Shown here one piece after another: positions 23,943-32,000 of a stretch of 32,000 nt of DNA (position 1 is its first letter; each line of letters begins with the position of its first letter). The notes under the pieces are model-generated. The model ran no database searches, was not told the origin of the DNA, and saw only the letters and a list, made by a program, of their open reading frames with translations. This DNA comes from Alkanindiges sp. WGS2144 (GTDB taxonomy: Bacteria > Pseudomonadota > Gammaproteobacteria > Pseudomonadales > Moraxellaceae), in the NCBI RefSeq assembly GCF_043950625.1, contig NZ_CP171007.1; one strand, written 5' to 3'. The position numbers and the translations under genes are program-made.

Positions 23943-25337
23943 CTAATGCGATGGTGCATACCATTTATAATAACTGGCATAACAACTGGCAATAAACAGC
24001 AGGCAGCCCACTAATCCACCCAGCAGGCTTGGGTCAAAGGCCATGCCCAAGCAAGTAATAAAGCACAGCACAAAGGCGGCAATAGGCACAAAGGGAAATA
24101 ACGGTGCCCGATAGGTTAGCTCACCCAGTTGCCCGCCTTGTGCCAAAAACTGCCTGCGAAACCGGTAATGACTGACCGCCACACTCATCCACACAATCAC
24201 CATGGTAAATGCCGCAATAGAAAGCAAATGTGTGTAAATGGTTTCTGCTGCAAACACACTGGTCAGTAATGATGCCAGCCCGCCAATCATGCTAAACATC
24301 AGGGCATTCAGTGGAATACCGCGCCGGGTGAGCTTAGCAAAGGTTTTGGGCAGCATGTTCTGCTGAGACAATGACCACATCATGCGCGAGGCCGCATATA
24401 GGCCGGAATTTGCAGTAGACAGCAGCGCAGTAATAATCACAAAGTTCATGATGTCCGCTGCATAGGGAATACCCATGCGTTCAAACACCAGCACAAATGG
24501 ACTGGTTGTCAAACCCAACTGCTCAAACGGAATCAGCGTGGCAATAATAAAAATGGTGCCGACAAAAAAGATGAGCAAACGCAGTAGTGCCGCGTTAATG
24601 GCTTTAGGAATAGTCTTGCCTGGATTATCCGTTTCTCCGGCAGCCACACCAATCAGCTCCATGCCGGAAAAAGCAAAGTTAACCGCCAGCATGGTGACTA
24701 AAATGGGCATCAGACCATTGGGAAACCAGCCTTGTGCGGTCAGGTTATGCAGCAATGGCGTGGGCTGAAAGCCGGGCATGACACCAAAAATGGCACAGCC
24801 GCCCAGAATAATAAAAATTAAAACCGTCGCAACCTTAATAAAAGCCAGGAAAAACTCGGTCTCGGCAAATACCCGGGTGGAAAACACGTTGGACAAAAAA
24901 ATAATCGCGGCAAATAGCGCACACCAGATCCATACTGATACCTGCGGAAACCAGTGCTGCATCAAAATTCCGGCCGCAGTAAATTCGGTACCAAGTGTTG
25001 CCGTCCATGTCAGCCAGTATAACCAGGCAATCATATAACCGGTGGCTGGATTAATAAAACGCGTGGCATAAGTACTAAATGCCCCGCTATCCGGCACATG
25101 TACCGCCAACTCACCAAGGCACAGCATCACCAGATAGGCAATGATTCCACCTATAAAATAAGCCAGCATGGCACCGACCGGGCCTGTCTGGGTAATCACA
25201 CCACCCGAATTTAAAAATAAACCGGTACCAATGGCACCGCCCAGCGATAGCATGACCAGATGGCGGGTATGCATACTACGCTTGAGCTGTTTAGGCGCTG
25301 GACTTTGCTGGAGACTTGCAGGCGTGGACGAGTTCAT
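23943..25337 (-). CDS. APC-family amino-acid permease (LysP/AroP-like)
   Basis: 464-aa ORF. '[28 protein letters not shown]', '[17 protein letters not shown]'. I cannot assign a substrate. Confidence 0.8.
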   Translation of the reverse strand: MNSSTPASLQQSPAPKQLKRSMHTRHLVMLSLGGAIGTGLFLNSGGVITQTGPVGAMLAYFIGGIIAYLVMLCLGELAVHVPDSGAFSTYATRFINPATGYMIAWLYWLTWTATLGTEFTAAGILMQHWFPQVSVWIWCALFAAIIFLSNVFSTRVFAETEFFLAFIKVATVLIFIILGGCAIFGVMPGFQPTPLLHNLTAQGWFPNGLMPILVTMLAVNFAFSGMELIGVAAGETDNPGKTIPKAINAALLRLLIFFVGTIFIIATLIPFEQLGLTTSPFVLVFERMGIPYAADIMNFVIITALLSTANSGLYAASRMMWSLSQQNMLPKTFAKLTRRGIPLNALMFSMIGGLASLLTSVFAAETIYTHLLSIAAFTMVIVWMSVAVSHYRFRRQFLAQGGQLGELTYRAPLFPFVPIAAFVLCFITCLGMAFDPSLLGGLVGCLLFIASCYASYYKWYAPSH

Positions 25338-25525
25338 GGATAAGTTTTACGACAAGCAGCCGGACACTATGCCAGTATCAGGCAGGAATAATAAAGATGC
25401 TGGGTGTTGAATAAATCATAAACAACAATAGGCGGTTATTCTAGGCGCTTACCTTTATGAAATAAATGTTTTTATACAGCCAAGTCATCCTGAATTGTAG
25501 TAATAGCCAGATACTTCTGTGGCAT

Positions 25526-26869
25526 CTAGCATTTGTCAAAGGCTTTAACTTCTTCTCTTGGCAGCAAACGGCGCCAGTAGAAAACCGGCAGCAAACATAC
25601 CAGCGCCAGCCCAGTACTAATAGCAAACAGGCCAACATAACCTGCTGCCTCCGCCAGTAATCCACTGATTATATGCAGGCCGCCCAATACCATCGCCATG
25701 ATCGATACCTGAAAGGTAAAATCACTACCCGCCTGTTTTTTACGGGAATAATCCATCACCACAGTTAACACAGCAACCAGCGCCATGGCAGAAACCGCAT
25801 GTTCAAAGGCATTTACTGCATATACCTGCCAGGGCACCACGCTATGCCAATGCTGATATTGCCAGGCCAGCACACCATATAAGGCAATTCCGACAGCCTG
25901 TAACAGGTTAAACCCCCACAATGCCGTGCTACGGCTCATTATTTTCATTAATAATGCTGCCAGCAAAGCACCCAATAAAGACGCCAAAGCGCCCAGCATG
26001 CTCACCATCAAGCCAATATCGCTGAGGCGAAAACCCATATCGACCATCATAGGCTTAACCATGGCACTGCTTAAACCATCTGCTGCTTTAAAGGTGAGTA
26101 ATACCAGCAGCCAGCCGCGCATGAGCCGGTTCTGCCAGAAGTAGGCAAATTCTGATTTAAAAAAGCCTAGCCAATTTTTGGTCATTGGTTGCAGCGCATC
26201 AACTTGCTGCTGATGCTGCCAGCGCGGTTCTTTAAACAAAAAAACCGGCAAGCCATTTAAAAATACCAGTACAGTGAGCAAACCAAACACCATTTGCCAC
26301 GACCAGATATCCAGTAACAGCAGCACAGCACCACCGCCAAAAATAAATCCTAACCGTGAACCCAGTACCTGGACAGCATTACCCCAGTGCTGCTGGTTTT
26401 TTTGCAATAAGCGTACGGCCAGACCATCAGTAGCAATATCCTGGGTAGCGCCCATCACATTGATTAAAAACAATACGATAAAAAAGCCAAGCAGAATAAA
26501 AGGACTGGCGAGCTGATTTGGTTCTAATAAACTAATTATCGCCAGAAAAACAACTGTTAAGATTTGCGTGGGAATGATCCAGCTACGACTCTGGCCAAAT
26601 GAAGCGAAAAAATAACGATCAACCAGCGGCGCCCACAAAAACTTGAGTGCCCACGGCGCCATGAGCAAACCAAAACCGCCAATCGCCGCCAGTGACACAT
26701 GATTTTGCCGCAAAATAGCAGGCAGCGCCTGTGTTAAAAACCCAACCGGTAAACCCTGCGCCAGATATAAACTTAATAGCAAACCAATCGAATACAATGG
26801 CACTGACTCAGCCGAAGATTGATGCTGCTTGGTGCGCTGCTGTTTGATACGCTGGCAATCGAATAACAA
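25526..26869 (-). CDS. MFS transporter, AmpG/PAT family
   Basis: 447-aa ORF with a TTG start. 'LKFLWAPLVDRY' and 'ATQDIATDGLA' parallel the E. coli AmpG blocks 'FKFLWSPLMDRY' and 'ASQDIVFDAW'. Confidence 0.7.
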   Translation of the reverse strand: MLFDCQRIKQQRTKQHQSSAESVPLYSIGLLLSLYLAQGLPVGFLTQALPAILRQNHVSLAAIGGFGLLMAPWALKFLWAPLVDRYFFASFGQSRSWIIPTQILTVVFLAIISLLEPNQLASPFILLGFFIVLFLINVMGATQDIATDGLAVRLLQKNQQHWGNAVQVLGSRLGFIFGGGAVLLLLDIWSWQMVFGLLTVLVFLNGLPVFLFKEPRWQHQQQVDALQPMTKNWLGFFKSEFAYFWQNRLMRGWLLVLLTFKAADGLSSAMVKPMMVDMGFRLSDIGLMVSMLGALASLLGALLAALLMKIMSRSTALWGFNLLQAVGIALYGVLAWQYQHWHSVVPWQVYAVNAFEHAVSAMALVAVLTVVMDYSRKKQAGSDFTFQVSIMAMVLGGLHIISGLLAEAAGYVGLFAISTGLALVCLLPVFYWRRLLPREEVKAFDKC

Positions 26870-26975
26870 GATGGCATTAATCCAAACAATAAAGGCTCTA
26901 ATTATGCCGTCTGCTTCTTAAAATAACGATGTTACGCAAACACACATGACCAGATTTATGCAGTATTTTGCGGCT

Positions 26976-27314
26976 TCAATGCTCAACCAGAGCCATTTGC
27001 ATGCGTAGCTGCTTCACCTCATCCAGCAAATCCAGCATTAAGGCCACGGCTGTCAGGCTGGCATCAAAATCGCGCTGCAAACGCCATGCTCGCCGCGCCC
27101 GCGCCAATTCCTCACCCACAAACTGCCAGCTTTCTGGCCGACTGTTATGTTTTTCCAGAATGCTATGCTCGACCAAGGCGACCACCCACTCGTGAGGTTG
27201 ACCACAGGCATGGGCAAAATCACCCAGGCTCAAACAGGTATTAGCATCCACCACAGTACAGTCCAGCAACTCATCATCTACTACAAGGTCGCGTATAATT
27301 AATTGTCGCATCAT
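26976..27314 (-). CDS. cbpM: Chaperone modulatory protein CbpM
   Basis: 112-aa ORF, 21 bp downstream of cbpA. The C-terminal 'RLQRDFDASLTAVALMLDLLDEVKQLR' resembles E. coli CbpM. Confidence 0.8.
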   Translation of the reverse strand: MMRQLIIRDLVVDDELLDCTVVDANTCLSLGDFAHACGQPHEWVVALVEHSILEKHNSRPESWQFVGEELARARRAWRLQRDFDASLTAVALMLDLLDEVKQLRMQMALVEH

Positions 27315-27335
27315 TTTATCCTCCAGAATCAGGCA

Positions 27336-28337
27336 TCAAGATGAACGTGGATTAAATGCCATGGTGTCAGCCATTTGACGATACAGGGCTTTTTCTGTCT
27401 CGCTGTTTGCCGGCGGCAGGATTACCTGCAAGTTTAAAAACAGATTTCCCGGCTCTTTGGCCGGTATACCTTTGCCTTTTAAGCGCAACTGGCGGCCAGC
27501 CTGTGAGCCTTCAGGAATTTTGACATCCACTGCGCCTGCAGGTGTAGTGACATGGATTTTTTCACCCAGCACTGCTTCCCACGGCGTTACAGGCACTGTT
27601 AAATACACATCTGCGCCCTCCACCCGTAGCCTGTCAGTATTTCTGTACTGAATTTCAATATACAAATTACCGTTTGCACCACCATTCACACCGGCTTGCC
27701 CCTGTCCTGTCAGCCGGATTTGCTGGCCGGGCTTCATGCCTTTGGGAATTTTGACCTGTAGCGTTTTACGCTGGATTTCCTGCTGCCCCTGTGCATTGAT
27801 CACCGGCATTTGCAGGGTGAGTTGCTGGGTGGCACCTTCATAAGCCACCTGAATGTCCACTTCAATGCTGGCATGCTGATCCTCCCCACGATAGCTATTT
27901 TGCCGACGGCTTCCCGACTGCTGATAATGACCCCCGCCAAAGCCTGCACCAAACTGACCAAATAAATCTTCAAAGCTACCAGAAAAACCACCTGCGCCAC
28001 CACCGCCAAACGAGCCTCCAAAAGCACGACGTAAATCTTCTTCACTAAATTGCTGGCCTGCGCCATCCTGCCCGCGATAATACTGGTATTGATTGCCTGC
28101 ACTGCCCTGTCCGGCAAAGCCATAGGGATTATCTAGCATCTGGTCATATTCAGCACGTTTGGCCTCATCGGTTAAGGTTTCATAAGCCAGGTTAATTTCC
28201 TGCATTTTTTCTGCGGCATTGCTTTCCTTGCTCACATCAGGATGGTACTTACGCACCAGCTTGCGGTAACTTTTTTTGATGTCGTCCGTACTTGCTCCTC
28301 GGGTGAGTCCAAGTATTTCATAATAGTTTTTATCCAT
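27336..28337 (-). CDS. cbpA: Curved-DNA-binding DnaJ homologue CbpA
   Basis: J domain 'DYYEILGLTRGASTDDIKKSYRKLVRKYHPD', a G/F-rich linker, no zinc-finger region, and a DnaJ C-terminal domain. Confidence 0.85.
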   Translation of the reverse strand: MDKNYYEILGLTRGASTDDIKKSYRKLVRKYHPDVSKESNAAEKMQEINLAYETLTDEAKRAEYDQMLDNPYGFAGQGSAGNQYQYYRGQDGAGQQFSEEDLRRAFGGSFGGGGAGGFSGSFEDLFGQFGAGFGGGHYQQSGSRRQNSYRGEDQHASIEVDIQVAYEGATQQLTLQMPVINAQGQQEIQRKTLQVKIPKGMKPGQQIRLTGQGQAGVNGGANGNLYIEIQYRNTDRLRVEGADVYLTVPVTPWEAVLGEKIHVTTPAGAVDVKIPEGSQAGRQLRLKGKGIPAKEPGNLFLNLQVILPPANSETEKALYRQMADTMAFNPRSS

Positions 28338-28549
28338 TGATCACCTCTTAAATAGATCACCACTGAAGCAATAAACCAATATCATTTTTACATGACAAAA
28401 ATTGCACTTGTACCTGACTATACGGCAGACGGTCGCTGCTTTACTGTATAAAAAGCTTAGCCTTTTTAATTTTTTTCTTGTTTGAACCTGGGCTTAGGCG
28501 TATAAAAATAATGCCCCTACTAATGCACCACCCGCTCATGAGGTTTGCC

Positions 28550-29608
28550 ATGCTACAGCCCGCAGAAAATTTTCTAAAAAAAATTGGTGTCACCCAGCCT
28601 ATTTTTCTGGCGCCCATGGCAGGAACCAGCACCCCTGAGCTGGCCGCTGCTGTGAGTAATGCGGGTGGGCTCGGCTCCTTGGGACTGGCTACCTCAAGCG
28701 TAGAGCAGGCACGTCAGGCGATTCAACACACTCGCCAACTGACCGACAAGCCTTTTAACTGCAACTTTTTTTGCCATCAGCCACCGATACGTGACCCAGA
28801 AACCGAACGCGCATGGATTGATTATATTGCGCCGTTTTTTCAGCAATTTGGCGCAACGCCGCCGCAGGAATTAAAATCGGTCAACTCCACCTTTATTGAT
28901 GATCAGGCCATGCTGGACATGCTATTAGCAGAAAAACCAGCTGTGGTCAGCTTTCATTTTGGCGTGCCTAAAGCAAGTGTTATTGAGCAATTAAAGCAGG
29001 CTGGTATCGTGTTAATGGCCAGCGCAACCAGTTTGCCCGAAGCACAAATCATTGCTGAGGCCGGACTGGATGCCATCATCGCCCAGGGAGTAGAAGCTGG
29101 CGGTCACCGGGGTATTTTTAACCGTGCTTATGACCCGGCCATTAGCACACATGATCTGGTTTGCCTGTTTAAGGCACATGTTGATTTGCCTATTATTGCC
29201 GCTGGCGGTTTGATGAACGGACAGGATATTAAAAACGTTTTGCAGCTTGGCGCCTGTGCCGGGCAACTGGGCACCGCCTTTGTGATTTGTCCGGAATCAG
29301 CAGCCAGCTCAACTTATCGTGAACGCTTGCTCAACCCGGATTATCAAATCACCCAGATTACCGACAGTATTTCCGGGCGTCCAGCGCGTGGTCTAATCAA
29401 TGCCTGGCATCAATACATTGACCGGCCTGAACGGCCTGTACTCACCAGTTATTCTTATACCTATGATCTGGCCAAACAGCTAAGCAAACTGGCCATACAG
29501 CACGGTAATTATGATTTTGCAGCTTTTTGGGCGGGGAGTAATGTAAGCCGCATTCGCAATATAGATGCATCCCATTTAATGCAGACCTTAATTGCAGAAT
29601 TGGCTTAA
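28550..29608 (+). CDS. Nitronate monooxygenase (2-nitropropane dioxygenase family)
   Basis: 'IGVTQPIFLAPMAGTSTPELAAAVSNAGGLGSLG' and 'IAQGVEAGGHRG'. I start it at the ATG at 28550, which has a GAGG 8 nt upstream. Confidence 0.85.
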   Translation: MLQPAENFLKKIGVTQPIFLAPMAGTSTPELAAAVSNAGGLGSLGLATSSVEQARQAIQHTRQLTDKPFNCNFFCHQPPIRDPETERAWIDYIAPFFQQFGATPPQELKSVNSTFIDDQAMLDMLLAEKPAVVSFHFGVPKASVIEQLKQAGIVLMASATSLPEAQIIAEAGLDAIIAQGVEAGGHRGIFNRAYDPAISTHDLVCLFKAHVDLPIIAAGGLMNGQDIKNVLQLGACAGQLGTAFVICPESAASSTYRERLLNPDYQITQITDSISGRPARGLINAWHQYIDRPERPVLTSYSYTYDLAKQLSKLAIQHGNYDFAAFWAGSNVSRIRNIDASHLMQTLIAELA

Positions 29609-29610
29609 AG

Positions 29611-29976
29611 TTAGTACGCCGCTGCTGTTATCACCATTTCCAGCTTCCATGCTGGATTAGCAAGCCTGGCCTGTACCGTGACACGCGGCGGTGAGTTTTG
29701 CAGGGATACCCATTCGCGCCAGGCCTGATTAAAACCTTCATAATCCGCCATGTCAGCCAGAAAAATCTGACTGGATAGAATCCGGTGCTTATCTGAACCA
29801 GCTTCTGCCAGCAGGCTATCAATCTGGGCAAATACCTCCTGTGCCTGAGTAATGATATCGCCCTGCTGCTCACCAGAAGTCTGACGTGGCACCTGTCCTG
29901 CCAGAAACACAACGCCTTTATAGATCGTGGCTTCGCTATAGCAGTTATTCATATGTAAGCGCTTAATGTCCGACAT
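29611..29976 (-). CDS. RidA/YjgF-family protein
   Basis: 121-aa ORF. 'VVFLAGQVP', 'ILSSQIFLADMADYEGFNQAW', 'PPRVTVQA'. Confidence 0.75.
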   Translation of the reverse strand: MSDIKRLHMNNCYSEATIYKGVVFLAGQVPRQTSGEQQGDIITQAQEVFAQIDSLLAEAGSDKHRILSSQIFLADMADYEGFNQAWREWVSLQNSPPRVTVQARLANPAWKLEMVITAAAY

Positions 29977-30108
29977 TTCACCTTCCTCAGCAATTTAATC
30001 CTTTGTTTATAAAAGACACGGTGCTGCTGATATTGCAAGGTCTGATTAAAAAAACCCTACAGCACACTTACAACTTCTCTATCCTGTTGCCCTGTTTTAC
30101 CTCTACCC

Positions 30109-30141
30109 AAAAATAAAAAAGCCAGCTTTTAAATAGCTGGC
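30109..30141 (-). terminator. Rho-independent terminator of purU
   Basis: Minus strand GCCAGC-TATTTAAAA-GCTGGC followed by TTTTTTATTTTT. Confidence 0.75.
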
Positions 30142-30163
30142 TCTCGTTTTAGACGAGAATTGA

Positions 30164-31024
30164 TCAATCAAATACAATGGTTTTATTGCCATGCACAATC
30201 ACACGGTCTTCCAGATGCCAACGCACCGCACGCGCCAGTACGTTACGCTCTACGTCCTCACCCAGCTCACGTAAGTCCGCCACACTGTAGCGATGGCTTA
30301 CCCGTTCTACATCCTGCTCAATGATTGGCCCCTGATCCAGCTCGGCAGTAACATAGTGTGCGGTCGCTCCAATTAGCTTGACACCCTTATCATAGGCTTG
30401 TCGGTATGGATCAGCGCCCACAAATGCTGGCAGGAAAGAATGGTGGATATTAATGACCTTCATGGGCCATTTATCAACGAACTCGCAGCTTAAAATCTGC
30501 ATATAGCGTGCCAGTACCAAAAGGTCATTACCGGCCATGATTTCATGAATCTGGCTTTCTGCTTCAGCCTTGTTGTCCTTGGTGACTTTAATCACAGTAT
30601 ATGGAATGCCAAAACCTTCTACCGCTTCACGCAGATCCTCATGATTGCTCACCACATGGGTAATTTCACAAGGCAGCAAGCCACGGGCATGGCGCCATAG
30701 CAATTCCAGCAGGGCATGGTCATATTTGGATACCAGAATACCCACTTTTTTAATATCACTGACCACGGTCAGCCGCCACTGCATGTCATAGCGGTTAGCC
30801 ACTGTATCTGCAAAAGACTGGCTCAGGCTTTCACGACGGCTATCTAGCTGGTTTACTTCAAACTCAACCCGCATAAAATAGGTGCCGCCTTGTGCTTCGG
30901 TTGCATACTGATCCAGCGCCGTGATATTAGCGCCCTGATGATACAAAAACCCCGAAACCGCTTGCACGATGCCAGAGCGATCAGCGCAGGTAATAGTTAA
31001 GCGTGCAGTATTCGCGGTGCTCAT
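30164..31024 (-). CDS. purU: Formyltetrahydrofolate deformylase
   Basis: 286-aa ORF with an N-terminal ACT domain ('LTITCADRSGIVQAVSGFL') and a formyltransferase core ('INIHHSFLPAFVGADPY'). Confidence 0.9.
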   Translation of the reverse strand: MSTANTARLTITCADRSGIVQAVSGFLYHQGANITALDQYATEAQGGTYFMRVEFEVNQLDSRRESLSQSFADTVANRYDMQWRLTVVSDIKKVGILVSKYDHALLELLWRHARGLLPCEITHVVSNHEDLREAVEGFGIPYTVIKVTKDNKAEAESQIHEIMAGNDLLVLARYMQILSCEFVDKWPMKVINIHHSFLPAFVGADPYRQAYDKGVKLIGATAHYVTAELDQGPIIEQDVERVSHRYSVADLRELGEDVERNVLARAVRWHLEDRVIVHGNKTIVFD

Positions 31025-31111
31025 AGCAACCTTCCACCTATTTGTAAAATAATTAATACGAACAAAAAATTGTAGGCATTCTAGCTGCTTTTAATCGCCA
31101 CTTAAATGCTT

Positions 31112-31810
31112 TTATGCTGGTGGCTTATCAAGCGTTGCCTGAATAGACAGACTTTCAAACAATTCCGAACGGCCAATGTTGCTCAGCAGGGTATCGTAGG
31201 CTTGTCGGCTATCCCCTATCAGGTATGGCCCCTCCAAAAAGACCATCTGGCGCAAGCCCTGCCAGATCCAGCGCTCATCCATGATGCCTGCCTGGGAAAT
31301 ATGCCCGGACATATACAAAAAGTTAGTCCAGTTGGTCAGTACAATCCAGATATTAATAATTAAGGCCTCAATTTCAGAAGGCTCAATTTTCATTAGCCCA
31401 GCAGCCACAAACCCCTGATAAATTTGCTTACCCTTTTGCATCACCTGTCCGGCAAATCTGGGGTACATTTGCTTAAAATCATCATTGGTGTCCATAAAAT
31501 GATGAATATCACGGTGCAAAAAGCGGTATTTCCATAACTGCTGGCTTAAGGACTGAAAATACTGAATCTTGTCAGCTACGGTGAGTGGGCGGTCATCAGG
31601 CAGGCTTAGCAGCTCCAGCGTTTCGGCCTGATAGGTATCCATGAGTTCCCGGATAATTTCTGTTTTATTTCTAAAATGATAGTACAGATTACCCGGGCTA
31701 ATTCCCATTTCCGCTGCAATATGATTGGTGGTGACCACGCGCTCACCACGCTCATTAAATAGCGCCAGGCTAACCTGTAATATACGATCTCTTGTTTTTA
31801 ATGGCTTCAA
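31112..31810 (-). CDS. TetR/AcrR-family transcriptional regulator
   Basis: 232-aa ORF with a TTG start. 'RDRILQVSLALFNERGERVVTTNHIAAEMGISPGNLYYHFRNK'. Confidence 0.85.
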   Translation of the reverse strand: MKPLKTRDRILQVSLALFNERGERVVTTNHIAAEMGISPGNLYYHFRNKTEIIRELMDTYQAETLELLSLPDDRPLTVADKIQYFQSLSQQLWKYRFLHRDIHHFMDTNDDFKQMYPRFAGQVMQKGKQIYQGFVAAGLMKIEPSEIEALIINIWIVLTNWTNFLYMSGHISQAGIMDERWIWQGLRQMVFLEGPYLIGDSRQAYDTLLSNIGRSELFESLSIQATLDKPPA

Positions 31811-31881
31811 AATATCTCATCCTACTGCATTGAATAACCGGTGGAACAAACACTGGAACCCTGCGGTTCATCAAATAGCTA

Positions 31882-31910
31882 TTGACACTTTAGAGTAATT
31901 ACTCTAAAAA
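31882..31910 (+). promoter_or_regulatory. Sigma70-like promoter (TTGACA-17 nt-TAAAAA) overlapped by a perfect 20-bp palindrome, a likely TetR operator
   Basis: TTGACA at 31882-31887. TTTAGAGTAATTACTCTAAA at 31889-31908 is its own reverse complement. It lies in the divergent region next to the TetR gene. Confidence 0.55.
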
Positions 31911-31947
31911 TCAACTTATCTCTTTAAAGTTTGGCTCATGTCTTATT

Positions 31948-32000
31948 ATGAACAGCTTGTCCTCTCCTGTCAGTGCACAAAATACTCTGCCACCTGAAGT
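31948..32000 (+). CDS. Possible 5' end of a gene divergent from the TetR regulator (MNSLSSPVSAQNTLPPE...)
   Basis: ATG at 31948, open to the window end. Only 17 codons and no clear SD. Confidence 0.25.
   Translation, partial: MNSLSSPVSAQNTLPPE

Noticed and set aside
25338-25525. 188-bp leader upstream of the LysP-like permease, inspected for a lysine riboswitch
   Set aside because: Reading the minus strand, I could not find the conserved L-box core segments or the multi-helix pairing. A covariance-model scan (Rfam RF00168) would be needed to exclude it formally.

Overview
The window looks like a roughly 50% G+C gammaproteobacterial chromosomal segment (composition judged by eye; taxon not assignable from sequence alone). 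It is densely packed with about 30 mostly housekeeping genes. Recognisable genes are acnD and prpF (2-methylcitrate cycle), ffh, ypjD-like, cbpA-cbpM, purU, mutM, mpg, rluA, ygfZ-like, an OYE flavoenzyme, a nitronate monooxygenase, RidA, two transporters, an amino-acid permease and a TetR regulator. Four things stand out. (1) Between acnD and the genes downstream of it lies a strongly AT-rich one-gene islet. Its ~477-codon gene is split by an 881-bp IS5-family element. Removing the IS and one copy of a TA target duplication rejoins the two halves in frame. The rejoined C-terminus carries a complete RecB/Cas4-type PD-(D/E)xK motif set (E...D...ExK...QxxxY), and I recognise no family for the ~330-residue N-terminal region. 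This is the best candidate for an undescribed, possibly defence-type, nuclease. A second IS (IS481 family, 7-bp target duplication) sits just downstream of it. (2) The left edge carries a co-directional cluster of MarC-family membrane protein, signal-peptide-less neutral-ceramidase-family amidase, ALO/GULO-type FAD oxidase and fold-type III PLP enzyme. I interpret it as a possible sphingoid-base or amino-diol catabolic module. (3) acnD and prpF, normally adjacent, are separated by ~7.4 kb containing the islet, a ferritin pseudogene with an internal deletion, and an RluF-like protein whose catalytic GRLD motif reads AALE. (4) Alkylation-repair genes are unusually dense: an ATL, an AraC-OGT fusion and Mpg, with the oxidative-damage glycosylase MutM divergent from mpg. 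No rRNA, tRNA or CRISPR array was seen.
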